Assembly (NCBI GenBank): GCA_051599415.1
Contig: AP039703.1
Span: 124,001 to 188,000, forward strand
Length of the DNA: 64,000 bases
Origin: Savitreella phatthalungensis
Lineage: Eukaryota
Direction: 5' to 3'
The position numbers were made by a program, and so were the translations under genes. The notes beneath the pieces are model-generated. The model saw nothing but the letters and a program-made list of their open reading frames with translations, was not told the origin of the DNA and searched no databases. Positions 44,299 through 55,124 of the stretch are shown one piece after another; the stretch's first letter is position 1, and each line of letters opens with the position of its first letter.

Positions 44299-44832
44299 TC
44301 ACTTGGCGGCATCGTGGCCTACAGTGGCGCTGCGAATATCGTTGTAGATGGCGCTCATGGCATGAAGCGATTCCGTCGCGAGCTTCACAAGCGGATCTTT
44401 TCTCAACGCCTTGATCCCTTCACTCGCTAACTCGATCGTTGACCCAGCACCTAATCCTCCACCACCACCACCACCACCACCCACAATATCCATCACAGCA
44501 CCACGCCGGCGTCCACGCCGTCTCAACCCAGCCCGACACTTCTCCAAATCCATCTCGGCCACTCTCAGCAACTCCCGCAACTCTCCAACAACACGCTCCT
44601 TGTGAGCTAATTCCAGCAGCGCAGCATGCTCACCCTCGCCATCCACGTCACTCCCACGGTCGATGTGCGTCTGTGTCTGTGTCGTCAGAGGCCGAGACCG
44701 TGATGGAGACGGTCCCAACCGTACACCTACCCTCGCACCGACCGATAACGACGACCGCTTGCCATCGCGAGAGCGCAGCGTGGGCGATGCTAAGGTGTTT
44801 GGCGATCGTAAGAAGAGCGCTCGATCGCCCAT
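44299..44832 (-). CDS. Hypothetical protein with a short coiled coil (resembles fungal DUF4048-associated helix)
   Basis: ATG-initiated 177-aa ORF containing LLELAHKERVVGELRELLRVAEMDLEK. Confidence 0.5.
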   Translation of the reverse strand: MGDRALFLRSPNTLASPTLRSRDGKRSSLSVGARVGVRLGPSPSRSRPLTTQTQTHIDRGSDVDGEGEHAALLELAHKERVVGELRELLRVAEMDLEKCRAGLRRRGRRRGAVMDIVGGGGGGGGGLGAGSTIELASEGIKALRKDPLVKLATESLHAMSAIYNDIRSATVGHDAAK

Positions 44833-45089
44833 TGATTTGTGTATGTGTGTGAGGGAGAGAGCTTGGTTTGTATGTGTGATCTAACTTTTGATGCCTAAAC
44901 AAATCCTCAAAACACGGCAGACCGAAGCGAGAAGGTAATTGACAACGAGAATTAACCGTGGATGCATACTCACACATCACATCACAAAATTTAATTAACG
45001 TTTACGCTTGGCAACGCAGCACAATGAGATATCATGGTACATGGAGCCCAGCAGGCAAAGAGATTCACGGTGGCCGTGCGGGGTGCAGT

Positions 45090-45941
45090 CTACCACCGCA
45101 TGCCACCGCGGACAAGTGGTCTGAGAACCTTGCCGGCGATGATGGTGTGGTCAACGAGGAGTGGTACGTGTTTTGGCATGACCCTGCCGCACCAGACGCT
45201 CTCCCGTGATGGGTTTGGCGGGTGGTCGGTACGTGTGCGGTAGATGAGGACGTTGCCAGCAAATTTGTGGCCACCAATGTGGGAACACATCTCCACCCGC
45301 ACCTTGCCTTCTTCGCCGCCCTCGTCAGCATCGTAGTACAGCTCCCGGTCACGCAAAACCTCCTCGAAAGCGTCCCGCAGCAGAGGCGCAGTCTTCCCAC
45401 ACCGAGCATCACGCCGAGAGTGTGAACAGATCAACACCACCGCACTGTAAGGCAGTCTCTCGATCTCGAGGTCACCGACGGCAGTCGGATCGATGATGTA
45501 GGAAGCGAGTGCGTCAGCCTGGGACGGGAGACATCGAATGCGTGCCCAGTGTGAGGAGAGGATGGTGATGTGCATGTGGGATGTGTCTGGTGGTGTGGCT
45601 GAGGTGTTTGAGAGGACGATGCGGTCGAGTGGTTCGAGATCCGTCTTTCGTGTATCCAGCGCCCCGGCAATCACCTTCGCCGGCGTCCTCGCAACATCCT
45701 CGATCGTGTGTGCCCAATCGTCAACCCCAGTGGCAATGCACACGTGCGCGTGAAACGGCTGGATCCCACCGTACATCTCGGTCTCCAAATCGAGCGACTT
45801 GACTAGAGCATCGTCGTAGCCGTCAAACACGTACGCGTGTCCGTCAGGAGAAAGCACACATCCATCGCAATCCTCACAGTCAACACCAGAAACCTCAGGA
45901 AATGAAGGCACCGGTGCAGGCCAAGTTGGCTCCTTCGCCAT
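45090..45941 (-). CDS. APD1: Apd1/Aim32-family thioredoxin-like [2Fe-2S] ferredoxin (sucrase/ferredoxin-like)
   Basis: C-X8-C (CSHSRRDARC) plus HIGGHKFAGN; no mitochondrial presequence; C-terminal Trp. Confidence 0.85.
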   Translation of the reverse strand: MAKEPTWPAPVPSFPEVSGVDCEDCDGCVLSPDGHAYVFDGYDDALVKSLDLETEMYGGIQPFHAHVCIATGVDDWAHTIEDVARTPAKVIAGALDTRKTDLEPLDRIVLSNTSATPPDTSHMHITILSSHWARIRCLPSQADALASYIIDPTAVGDLEIERLPYSAVVLICSHSRRDARCGKTAPLLRDAFEEVLRDRELYYDADEGGEEGKVRVEMCSHIGGHKFAGNVLIYRTRTDHPPNPSRESVWCGRVMPKHVPLLVDHTIIAGKVLRPLVRGGMRW

Positions 45942-46366
45942 CGTCTACGTGAGCCGAGCTGGTGGAAGTGTCGTGAACGGCCGTCGACTGCTTAATAGAG
46001 CATCGTAGATATGTCTTGGCACGGGTAGAAAGATAGAAGATGGTATATACGACTGGGTTCGATGATGACGTGCAGCATTGATTTATCTAACTAGCGCTGT
46101 CACTTGCCAATCTGGGTTGATCAGATAAATATATTTGTCAGATGCATGAGTCTTCCACTTCACGCTTTTTTAGAGTCAAGTGTGACCGTCTTTGGGAGCA
46201 ACATAGGTCAGCAAAGCATAGACAAGCAGATCGTTCACTTGCACTCAAGTACACAGACAGCCAGCCGGCCGGCCGGCCGAGTCAACAGCTCACGAGTACC
46301 CTTCTAGAACATACACATGAATGGGATCTGACTCCCAAGCTACAAGAACCCACCTACACCGTAAAT

Positions 46367-47314
46367 TTAGCCACCAGTTCGTAGGGATAACACCGATCTC
46401 ACATCATCCACATATCGCAGACTTTGTAACAAGGGAACCAAGTACATCAGGTCCGTGTCTGTCGGGTCATTGATCCAGCCCTCGATTGGCACGGCGTTGT
46501 GCTCGTTCAGCTTGTAGCTGAGAGGTGAGTTGTCAATGATGATGGCGTTGCGGAGATCCTGTTGGCAGACGGTAAGATCCTTCATGTAAGCACCTGCCTG
46601 GTAAGTACAGTGCTGTCTGTAGTACCGTGCACTGAAATACCTGCACTCCTGCTCGAGCCAGTCGATCACAGGGTCAGCGTACTCCTGGATACTCGCCGTG
46701 AAAACCACCACATCGTACCACTGCTGCACCCTGCGAAGAAAGTAGTCGCAATGCGGGCGTTTGTGTACATAGTACAGTACAGCGTGCTGGCCGAGCTTCA
46801 CCTCAACCATGTGCCCTGGTGACATGACATTGCCCTTCGACAGGGAATGGATCAATGTTTCGTCGAGATCGAGGATCAGCGTCTTTCTTCCGGCCGGCAA
46901 CGGCCACAGCGTCTGTCGGAGCAATCCAGCACTCTCCGCAGCCCAACCCTCCAGCATCACGCCTGCGCGAGAGACGCCTGCCTGGATGAGCTGCGTGGCG
47001 CGAATCCGTGTATCCGAGCGTAATTCCACCAGATCACCTCGATCGTCATCATGTTTCTCCCCAGCCCCAGCCATCGGCAGTGGCACTTCCGCCCGCGTCA
47101 CCATCGCATCAGCAATCGCCTGCAACTGCGCATCCTCTGCAGCCTGAGCGCGTTCCGACAGCCCAGAGCGTCGATCCACGCCCGCCCGTGTCACAGAATC
47201 CATCCGGCCAAGACCGAGCGAGAGCATCACCGATCGCACACACCGCTGCAACCAGAGCAGCGGCAGCAGCAGGATGGACAACAACGTCGTACGTTGAGCG
47301 CCAGCGATGTCCAT
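46367..47314 (-). CDS. NEM1: Nem1/CTDNEP1 nuclear-envelope phosphatase (NIF/FCP1-like HAD)
   Basis: KTLILDLDETLIHS, YYVHKRP, FTASIQEYADPVIDWL, IIIDNSP and DVRSVL; hydrophobic N-terminus. Confidence 0.9.
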   Translation of the reverse strand: MDIAGAQRTTLLSILLLPLLWLQRCVRSVMLSLGLGRMDSVTRAGVDRRSGLSERAQAAEDAQLQAIADAMVTRAEVPLPMAGAGEKHDDDRGDLVELRSDTRIRATQLIQAGVSRAGVMLEGWAAESAGLLRQTLWPLPAGRKTLILDLDETLIHSLSKGNVMSPGHMVEVKLGQHAVLYYVHKRPHCDYFLRRVQQWYDVVVFTASIQEYADPVIDWLEQECRYFSARYYRQHCTYQAGAYMKDLTVCQQDLRNAIIIDNSPLSYKLNEHNAVPIEGWINDPTDTDLMYLVPLLQSLRYVDDVRSVLSLRTGG

Positions 47315-47815
47315 GGCTAACTATCACGTAGAGTCTCGTCACCTGATCCTCAACGTGAGTCTGTCACAGAGTAAAATGTCATCGGTGAGAAAAGCTTGAC
47401 TATATCAGAAGTAGTCCGATCAAAGGTGAAGTCAATATGCAATTGAGAAGCTCGAATGAAGATCAGATCAGGCGATGTCGAATAGACGAGCTAGTGATTT
47501 GTGAAGGATGATGAGCGAGTGAACAGTATGTAGAGTACAATGTGGTGTAGTGCTGATGAGGTGATGTTAAAGATTGGTAGGTGATCCCCGCAAATCAATC
47601 AATCGATCACTGGGATTCGATCAAATTACAGTACACACATGATTCACGTGAAAACAAATCATCATCATCATCATCATCATCCAAGAAGACACTCAAGATC
47701 AAGTCTAAGACACTTCCCGCCTCATCCTTCTCTCCAGCAACTGTATACCTCTAGAGGAGAGTGTATCCATCGGCCTGCCAGTCTGTCATCAGGTCAAAGC
47801 TTAGGTCACCCTGCC

Positions 47816-49624
47816 ATGGCCGAACCTGCAGCTGTTGTGCAGTCCTCAGTGGCTGACAAGGATGCCCCTGTAGAGGTCATTGTACCAGGCAAGGAGCCAT
47901 TACAGTGGCTCCGGAAGATCACGGTCATCTCACTCGTCATTGTCTGTTACATATACTTCAGATGGCTACCATCTGCACATCTCCCACGGATCATCACTGC
48001 ACTCGGCCTCATCTGGCTGTCCGTGAGCTATAGACTCTACCTACCTTGGTTCGGCAGCAGTCCCGAAGACCCCATCATCACCTCCCTGCGAGCTTCCGAG
48101 ATGTGGGTTGTCCCTTTCCTCCTGATGCTCACATTCGATGCGACCATGGTGCCGTGGGTGTTTGATGACTTCAGAGATCTCGTCATCTGCAAGCTGGGTC
48201 ACGTCGGTGAGGATCATGCCCGCCTAACACTACGCGCTCCAGGCATGACCGTTGCCGAGCTCTGCTATGGAAATGTCAAGGACCTCCCTGAAAGCATGGT
48301 CTGCAAGAATTTGACACTCCCAGGGCTCGATGCAACCGACACCGACTTCGTCTTCCAGACAAGCATTTCTGATCTCGAACCAGACAATTCCTACCTGTAT
48401 TCCGTCAGGGGCTGGGAAAATGTCGAGGAGCAGAGCACAGCCTCCAACGAGACCATTGCAAGCATTCTCGGTCTGCAGGTTTTCAAGACCGCTCCAAAGC
48501 GTGGCGAGTCAAGCCAGTACACCTTCCTCGCGAGCTCCTGCATCCTCCCTGGATTCCCTTACAATCCAATCAAGCGCAATCGTATCAATGGCTTTGAGTC
48601 TCTCTACAATGTCCACCTGGATAATCGAGAGGCTCCATCTTTCATGCTGTTCTTGGGAGAGTAAGTTATCAACGTTGAAGCCGCGAAACCCCTTTCATGA
48701 GCACCCTTTACTGACCAGCAAGTTTTATCTACTACGATCTACCACACTTCCCAGAACTTTCCCTTGACAACTACTACCAGAAGTACCGCACCATCTACGC
48801 ATCAGAGTCCTTCAGGCAAGTCTATTGGCACTTGCCCATCGTGCACACGTACGACGACCACGATGGTACGCTCCACCCGATCAGATCTACCGAATCCCAT
48901 GCTAATCTTTCAAGTGGTCAACAATTATGACAGTGGCGAAGATACAGAGCGATACCAGGTCGCTCACTCGGCATTCGAGGCATACCATGGTGGAAGCAAT
49001 CCGCCGGCTGTTCGTCCGGGCGCCACTTACTATACCTTCAGCCGGGGCGCTGTCGACTACTTCCTTCTCGACACCCGGCGGTATCGGTCACCAAACACAG
49101 CCGTAGATGATGCCCATAAGACGATGCTCGGCCGACAGCAGCTTTCCGACCTGCTCTCTTGGCTGGGCGATTACGACGGAGGAAACACGAAATTCAAGGT
49201 GATTGTGTCAAGCGTGCCGTTCACGCGCAACTGGGGCGGCGTCGATGGACATCTCGATACCTGGGGAGGCTTCCTCACAGAGCGCGCCATCATCCTTGAG
49301 GCCGTGCGGAAGGCTGGTCGAGACGTGATCTGTATCTCTGGCGACCGACACGAATTCGCAGCTACCCTGGTCGGCGAGCCAGGCACGCCAAATGTACTCG
49401 ACCTCGCCATCGGCCCCCTCAACCAATTCTACCTCCCCTTCGCAACCTACAGCGGCGACAAGTACCCAGAGACAGACCGCAAGCTGAGCTACATTCCATC
49501 AGGCAATGAGAAATGGGGTTTCTTCTCAGTCGACACTGCAGCTTCACCACCCACCATCGACTTCCAGCTCAAAGTGTACGGCGAGTCTGTCTGGAACTAC
49601 ACCATCGTGGGTCAAGACGCATAG
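47816..49624 (+). CDS. Membrane-anchored PhoD-like alkaline phosphatase; exons 47816-48660, 48723-48865, 48915-49624
   Basis: N-terminal TM helices and SSC. Splicing gives FMLFLGD|FIYYD and YDDHD|VVNNYD, followed by FLLDTRRYR, TMLG..Q, SSVPF, DTW.GF..ER and SGDRH. Confidence 0.9.
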
Positions 49625-49680
49625 GTCACCAGCATACATGTCTTGCATAGTCATTAAAATTACCATGTAATGTAGAGAGC

Positions 49681-50472
49681 TCAGGACATGGTCGTTGACG
49701 ACTTCGCTGACTTCTTTGTACTTTCTCGCTCGCGCTCGCGCCTGTCGGAGACTGCTTCGTACGCCCACAATGCAGCCTGTTCAGCCAGACCGCCTGGCAG
49801 GAAGCGTAAGTTCTGCTGAGCATTCCTCGTCTGTCGTTTGGAAGGCGACCAATCGACAGGAATCAGTCCAGCAGATCCAGAACCAGGTCTTCCTGCAGAA
49901 CCAGGTCTCATGGCAGCATCCCCGCCATCCACCCGGCGGATCTTGCGCAACAACGAACTAGGTGTCATAAGATCCGATGGCGAAGTCTGCCTCCGCAAGG
50001 GCGAATCTGTAGCAGCCCGTAGCAAGCGCAAACCCAGTGACGTTTCGCCTGTACTATGATCCTCCTTCACACTCTCCGGCTCGTCCACATCTTCGGAGAC
50101 ATCGAATGGGTTATGCTCGATCCCAGCAGCGACTTTCAAAGTTTGGAGGTCATCATCATCGTCGTCATCGACAGCGTCGATGTCTCTGAAATCGGGCGTG
50201 GCGTGGGAGGTGCGTGCAGACCCAGGTACCACGAAACGCGGTGGCTTTCTGATACTATGAGACCTGCCGGTGACTGCTGCGGGCGCTGTGCTTGGCGCCT
50301 TGGGAGGAATAATGAAGCGCGGCGTCAGCATGCTAGGCCGTCCGCCACTCCCACCATTGTCCCTCACACCTGACCGCCTTGGCGTACCAGCAGACACTCC
50401 ATCGTCATCCACAATGGCCTCATCCACACGACGTTTCTTCGGTGGAGGAATCACAAATCGAGGTGGTACCAT
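49681..50472 (-). CDS. Hypothetical disordered protein with repeated PRF(V/I)(I/V)P motifs and an NLS (PKKRR)
   Basis: 263-aa ATG-initiated ORF; C-terminal DWSP...RFLPGGLA motif; family not securely recognised. Confidence 0.6.
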   Translation of the reverse strand: MVPPRFVIPPPKKRRVDEAIVDDDGVSAGTPRRSGVRDNGGSGGRPSMLTPRFIIPPKAPSTAPAAVTGRSHSIRKPPRFVVPGSARTSHATPDFRDIDAVDDDDDDDLQTLKVAAGIEHNPFDVSEDVDEPESVKEDHSTGETSLGLRLLRAATDSPLRRQTSPSDLMTPSSLLRKIRRVDGGDAAMRPGSAGRPGSGSAGLIPVDWSPSKRQTRNAQQNLRFLPGGLAEQAALWAYEAVSDRRERERESTKKSAKSSTTMS

Positions 50473-50903
50473 CACCGCTCATACCACATCACAACGCAGC
50501 GCATGAGATACCCACACGCCGTCGAGGTAGCCTGTCCAGGAAGATGTGTGCGTGTGAGAATGAGCATGCAATGTGGAGTTGATCAATGACAAGTGTCTGC
50601 TAGACTTTACCCAATTTGATCGGTTGATCGTATCAGGGCAAAAACATGCACACAGCACATCCTTTTACAAAAAGTCATAAAAGCTACTACACTCAAAGTC
50701 ACCATCTACCACGTCACTTACTGCTCAGGACGTCAAAAATTCTGGCTCACAAAGTGCTAAGGATGCGCTAGTAGCTAGTGGTTGCTGACTGTTGACCGCT
50801 GACTCCAGCTTTGGACAGTCTACAGCCAAGTAAGGATACCCCTGGCTGAGCTTCATCTCCTTGATCTGCCGGTGGAGGCTTCGTAACTTCAGATCTGCCC
50901 ATC

Positions 50904-53900
50904 ATGGGCAAGCAGATGGTCATTGACCATGTGCCAAAGCGCATCAAGGCGCTCAAGTTTGGTATCATGTCCCCACAGGAACTTGTTCGACAGGGTGTGA
51001 CTGAAGTCACAACGAGGGAGCTATATGAGCTCGGGGGGCCTGAGCGTAAGCCTGTCGCTCATGGTGCACTCGACCGCAGAATGGGCACGTCGAGTAAAGA
51101 TGCGTTGTGCGAGACTTGCGGAGAACGTGTGACAGATTGTGTAGGCCACTTTGGCCATGTCAAGCTCGCTTTGCCTGCCTTTCACATCGGGTACTTCAAG
51201 CACATCCTCAACACGCTCTCGCAGATATGCAAGGAGTGCTCTCGCGTCCTCCTTGACGAGGAGATGCGCAGATCGATGCTCAGAGAACTACGGAAACCCA
51301 TCGACAACCTCAAGCGACAATCCCTCCACAAGCGCATCCTCGACCACTGCAAGAAGATGCGGCACTGTCCCTTCTGCCACGCACCTCAAGGCGTCGTCAA
51401 GAAAGCAGGACCACTCAAAATCATCCACGACAAGTACAGGTACGCAGGTCGGAAAGGCGAAGACGCCAAGCGCGAATTCGATAACAGTTTCGTCAAGGCC
51501 GTCCAGGCATCACAGGACATGCGCAGCCATCTGAACAAAGCAATGGATGATCTTAACCCACTTCGAGTCCTTAACCTCTTCCAGCGAATCAGCATGTCAG
51601 ACTGCGAATTGCTCGGCATCGATCCTGAAGAAGGCCGTCCGGAGATGCTGCTCTGGCAGTACATCCCAGCTCCACCGGTCTGTATCCGGCCCACAGTGAC
51701 ACAGGACGGAGGTGTGACAGAGGACGATATCACGGCGAAGCTGACCGAGATCGTCTTCAACAACGCCCTCATCAAGGCCGCACTCGACAAAGGTACACCA
51801 ATCGCCACCCTCATGGAGCAATGGGACTACCTTCAGCTTTCTATCGCCATGTACATCAACAGCGATATGCCAGGCGTGCCCATCAGTCAGGCGCAGAAAC
51901 CCATGCGAGGTTTCTGTCAACGTCTTAAAGGCAAGCAAGGCCGCTTTCGTGGAAATCTATCTGGCAAGCGTGTCGACTTCTCAGGACGTACAGTCATCGG
52001 ACCTGATCCGAACTTGGCCATCAACCAGGTCGGCGTGCCTGAGCGCGTAGCCAAGACCTTGACGTTTCCAGAGAAGGTGACAGCTCACAATATGGCAGAG
52101 CTTCGTGAGCGTATCCTCAACGGCCCAGATAAGCATCCAGGTGCAAATTTCGTTCGCAGCAGTAACGGCTTCTCACGCTACCTCAAATTTGCAGACCGTC
52201 AGCGCGTCGCTGACACCCTCAAGATCGGCGACATCGTCGACCGTCACATCCGCGATGGCGACTGCATCCTCTTCAATCGTCAGCCCTCTCTCCACAAGCT
52301 CAGCATCATGTGCCATTTTGCCAAGATCAGACCCTGGCGGACCTTGCGGCTGAACGAGTGCGCCTGCGGTCCATATGGTGCCGATTTTGACGGCGACGAA
52401 ATGAATCTGCACGTTCCGCAGACCGAGGAAGCTCGAACAGAGGCTCAAGTGCTGATGGGGGTGAAAGACAACCTTGTTACTCCCAAGAACGGCGAGCCTG
52501 TGATCGCTGCTATCCAGGACTTCATCACTGCCAGTTTCCTGCTCTCGCAGAAGGACGCATTCTTCGACCGCAAGACATTCGTCCAGACTGTCAGCATGAT
52601 GGCAGATGCCGACCTCAAATTCGATTTGCCTCCGCCAGTCATCGTCAAACCTGTAGCGTTGTGGACAGGCAAGCAGATCTTCTCTCTCCTGATGAAGCCA
52701 AATCGGGATTCCAATGTCCTCGTCAACCTCGAAGCTAAGTGTAGATCGTTCTCCGGCGGAAAGTATGCGGCGGAGCCCGACATGTGCCCAAACGACGGGT
52801 ACCTCGTCATCCAGGGATCTCAGGTCATGTGCGGTGTGATGGACAAGTCGACCGTCGGGGACGGCAAGAAGAACTCTCTGTTCTATGTAATCCTGCGTGA
52901 CTACGGCTCAAAGGAAGCGATCGCAGCCATGAGCAGACTAGCAAAGCTGTGTGCTCGTCATCTCGGCAACCAGGGTTTCAGTCTTGGTATCAGCGATGTC
53001 CAAGCGTCCGCGCCCCTGCGCGCTCAGAAGGATCGCCTCGTCGACGAGGCAGAAGCGCAGTGTGAGGAGCTGATCCGGCAGTATCGCAAAGGCCGATTGC
53101 CCCTCCAGCCGGGCTGCAACGCCGAACAGACACTCGAAGCCAAGATCTCCGGCGTCCTGTCTCGTGTCCGCGACGGCTGTGGCGAAATCTGTATGGACGA
53201 CCTGCCGAAGACAAACGCACCAATCATCATGGCCACCTGCGGTTCCAAGGGATCCAAAATCAACGTCTCCCAAATGGTCTCGTGCGTCGGCCAGCAAATC
53301 ATCTCTGGATTTCGCGTCCCTGACGGCTTCCAAGACCGCTCACTCCCGCACTTTGCGAAAAATTCAAAAGAGCCAGGCGCCAAGGGCTTCGTCAGGAACT
53401 CCTTCTATACAGGTCTCTCACCACCAGAATTCCTCTTCCACGCAATCTCAGGACGCGAAGGTCTCGTCGACACAGCCGTCAAGACGGCAGAGACCGGATA
53501 CATGTCTCGTCGTTTGATGAAATCTCTGGAGGATCTGTCAGTCAAGTACGACGCAACTGTTCGGAATGCATCGTCGGGAATTGTTCAATTTGTGTATGGA
53601 GACGACGGGCTCGATCCTACCTTCCTCGAAGGTGATGGCGTGCCCGTCGAATTTGTCAGGACCTGGTCACATTGCCGGAATGTGTCTGGACTCGCCGGTC
53701 GTATCCTGACGCCAGAAGAAATGATGGACAGAGCACGAGAAGCCATGTCTCAAGCGAAGTGGGTAAGAGGTTGCACGGAAGACTTCCGTGAAACAGTCGC
53801 CTCCTTCCTTCAACGTCTCGCGACCCGGCGCGCAGAACTCCTCGCAAGGTTCCCAGAAGGCGACGAAGCAGGTCGCACGAACGCGGACAACATCCTCGCC

Positions 53901-55088
53901 ATCACCAACGCCCAGCTGGACGTCTTCCTGCAGACCTGCCTACACAAGTACATCACGGCGAAAGTAGAGCCAGGGACAGCAGTGGGCGCTGTTGGTGCCC
54001 AGTCCATCGGTGAACCAGGTACACAGATGACCCTGAAGACCTTCCACTTTGCAGGCGTGGCGTCGATGAACATCACGCTCGGCGTCCCACGCATCAAGGA
54101 GATCATCAACGCGGCAAAATCAATCTCTACACCCATCATCACCTGCAAGCTCGTCAATGAAGTGGACGAGATCTCAGCTCGGGTGGTGAAAGGTCGTGTG
54201 GAAGTGACAAGATTGGAGGACATCTGCTCGTACATCTCGGAGATCTGGTCTGCGCAATCGGTCAGTGTCGAAGTCAGAGTCGACTGGGACAACGTCAGGA
54301 AGCTCCAGCTCGACCTGAAGATGAGTGACATCCAGGAAGCGATCATGCGAGACTCTCGACTGAAACTAGCGCCAGGGACGAGCTTTGTCGACCGTGGGGA
54401 GACAATCCGAATTCGTGTCCGGATGGCAACAGAGAAGGACACCAAAGAACATATTGAGATGCTGTACAAGGTCCAGTGGTTGAAGCGTGCTCTCCCAAAA
54501 GTGGTCGTCGCAGGTGTCACCACCACGTCGCGTGCCGTCATCAATAAGACAGACACGAATGCAAACACGCTCCTGGTCGAAGGCTATGGTCTGAAGGAAG
54601 TCATGGCGATCGATGGTGTCGTCGGCACAGACACGTACACGAACCACATCATCGAGATGCGTCAAGTACTCGGTATCGAAGCCGCCCGAGCGTCCATCAT
54701 CAAGGAAGTATCAACCGTGATGCGATCTCACGGCATGAACGTCGATCCTCGCCACATCCTCCTCCTCGGAGACGTCATGACGTACAAGGGTGAAATCCTC
54801 GGCATCACCAGGTTCGGCATCGCCAAGATGAAAGACTCAGTCCTCATGCTCGCATCGTTCGAGAAGACAACAGATCACCTGTTCGACGCAGCTGCAAGGC
54901 TAGCCCAAGATGCAATCGAGGGGGTCTCAGAGTGTATCATCCTAGGCGTTCCAGCACCGATCGGCACAGGCGCTTTCAAGGTCATCAGGCTATCCGAGCA
55001 ATTCCTGGACAAACCAAGGAAGAAGCCAGTGTTTGATGACCCAGAGTTACATGTACCGCTGGCAAGTATCGCCGTAGGAGCAGCATAG
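50904..55088 (+). CDS. RPC1: RNA polymerase III largest subunit Rpc1 (C160)
   Basis: C.GHFGH, GFCQRLKGKQGRFRGNLSGKRVDFS, NRQPSLH, DFDGD, bridge helix TAVKTAETGYMSRRLMK, trigger loop EPGTQMTLKTFHFAG and the Pol III-type SVLMLASFEKTTDHLF; no CTD. Confidence 0.98.
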   Translation: MGKQMVIDHVPKRIKALKFGIMSPQELVRQGVTEVTTRELYELGGPERKPVAHGALDRRMGTSSKDALCETCGERVTDCVGHFGHVKLALPAFHIGYFKHILNTLSQICKECSRVLLDEEMRRSMLRELRKPIDNLKRQSLHKRILDHCKKMRHCPFCHAPQGVVKKAGPLKIIHDKYRYAGRKGEDAKREFDNSFVKAVQASQDMRSHLNKAMDDLNPLRVLNLFQRISMSDCELLGIDPEEGRPEMLLWQYIPAPPVCIRPTVTQDGGVTEDDITAKLTEIVFNNALIKAALDKGTPIATLMEQWDYLQLSIAMYINSDMPGVPISQAQKPMRGFCQRLKGKQGRFRGNLSGKRVDFSGRTVIGPDPNLAINQVGVPERVAKTLTFPEKVTAHNMAELRERILNGPDKHPGANFVRSSNGFSRYLKFADRQRVADTLKIGDIVDRHIRDGDCILFNRQPSLHKLSIMCHFAKIRPWRTLRLNECACGPYGADFDGDEMNLHVPQTEEARTEAQVLMGVKDNLVTPKNGEPVIAAIQDFITASFLLSQKDAFFDRKTFVQTVSMMADADLKFDLPPPVIVKPVALWTGKQIFSLLMKPNRDSNVLVNLEAKCRSFSGGKYAAEPDMCPNDGYLVIQGSQVMCGVMDKSTVGDGKKNSLFYVILRDYGSKEAIAAMSRLAKLCARHLGNQGFSLGISDVQASAPLRAQKDRLVDEAEAQCEELIRQYRKGRLPLQPGCNAEQTLEAKISGVLSRVRDGCGEICMDDLPKTNAPIIMATCGSKGSKINVSQMVSCVGQQIISGFRVPDGFQDRSLPHFAKNSKEPGAKGFVRNSFYTGLSPPEFLFHAISGREGLVDTAVKTAETGYMSRRLMKSLEDLSVKYDATVRNASSGIVQFVYGDDGLDPTFLEGDGVPVEFVRTWSHCRNVSGLAGRILTPEEMMDRAREAMSQAKWVRGCTEDFRETVASFLQRLATRRAELLARFPEGDEAGRTNADNILAITNAQLDVFLQTCLHKYITAKVEPGTAVGAVGAQSIGEPGTQMTLKTFHFAGVASMNITLGVPRIKEIINAAKSISTPIITCKLVNEVDEISARVVKGRVEVTRLEDICSYISEIWSAQSVSVEVRVDWDNVRKLQLDLKMSDIQEAIMRDSRLKLAPGTSFVDRGETIRIRVRMATEKDTKEHIEMLYKVQWLKRALPKVVVAGVTTTSRAVINKTDTNANTLLVEGYGLKEVMAIDGVVGTDTYTNHIIEMRQVLGIEAARASIIKEVSTVMRSHGMNVDPRHILLLGDVMTYKGEILGITRFGIAKMKDSVLMLASFEKTTDHLFDAAARLAQDAIEGVSECIILGVPAPIGTGAFKVIRLSEQFLDKPRKKPVFDDPELHVPLASIAVGAA

Positions 55089-55124
55089 ACCTGTAGATGA
55101 GAATGTCCAGGCAAGTGTACACCG

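Noticed and set aside
47645..47650. CACGTG as a Pho4-type site upstream of PhoD
   Set aside because: The same hexamer occurs in several unrelated promoters here (around 26421, 35774 and 55210), so it is not specific.
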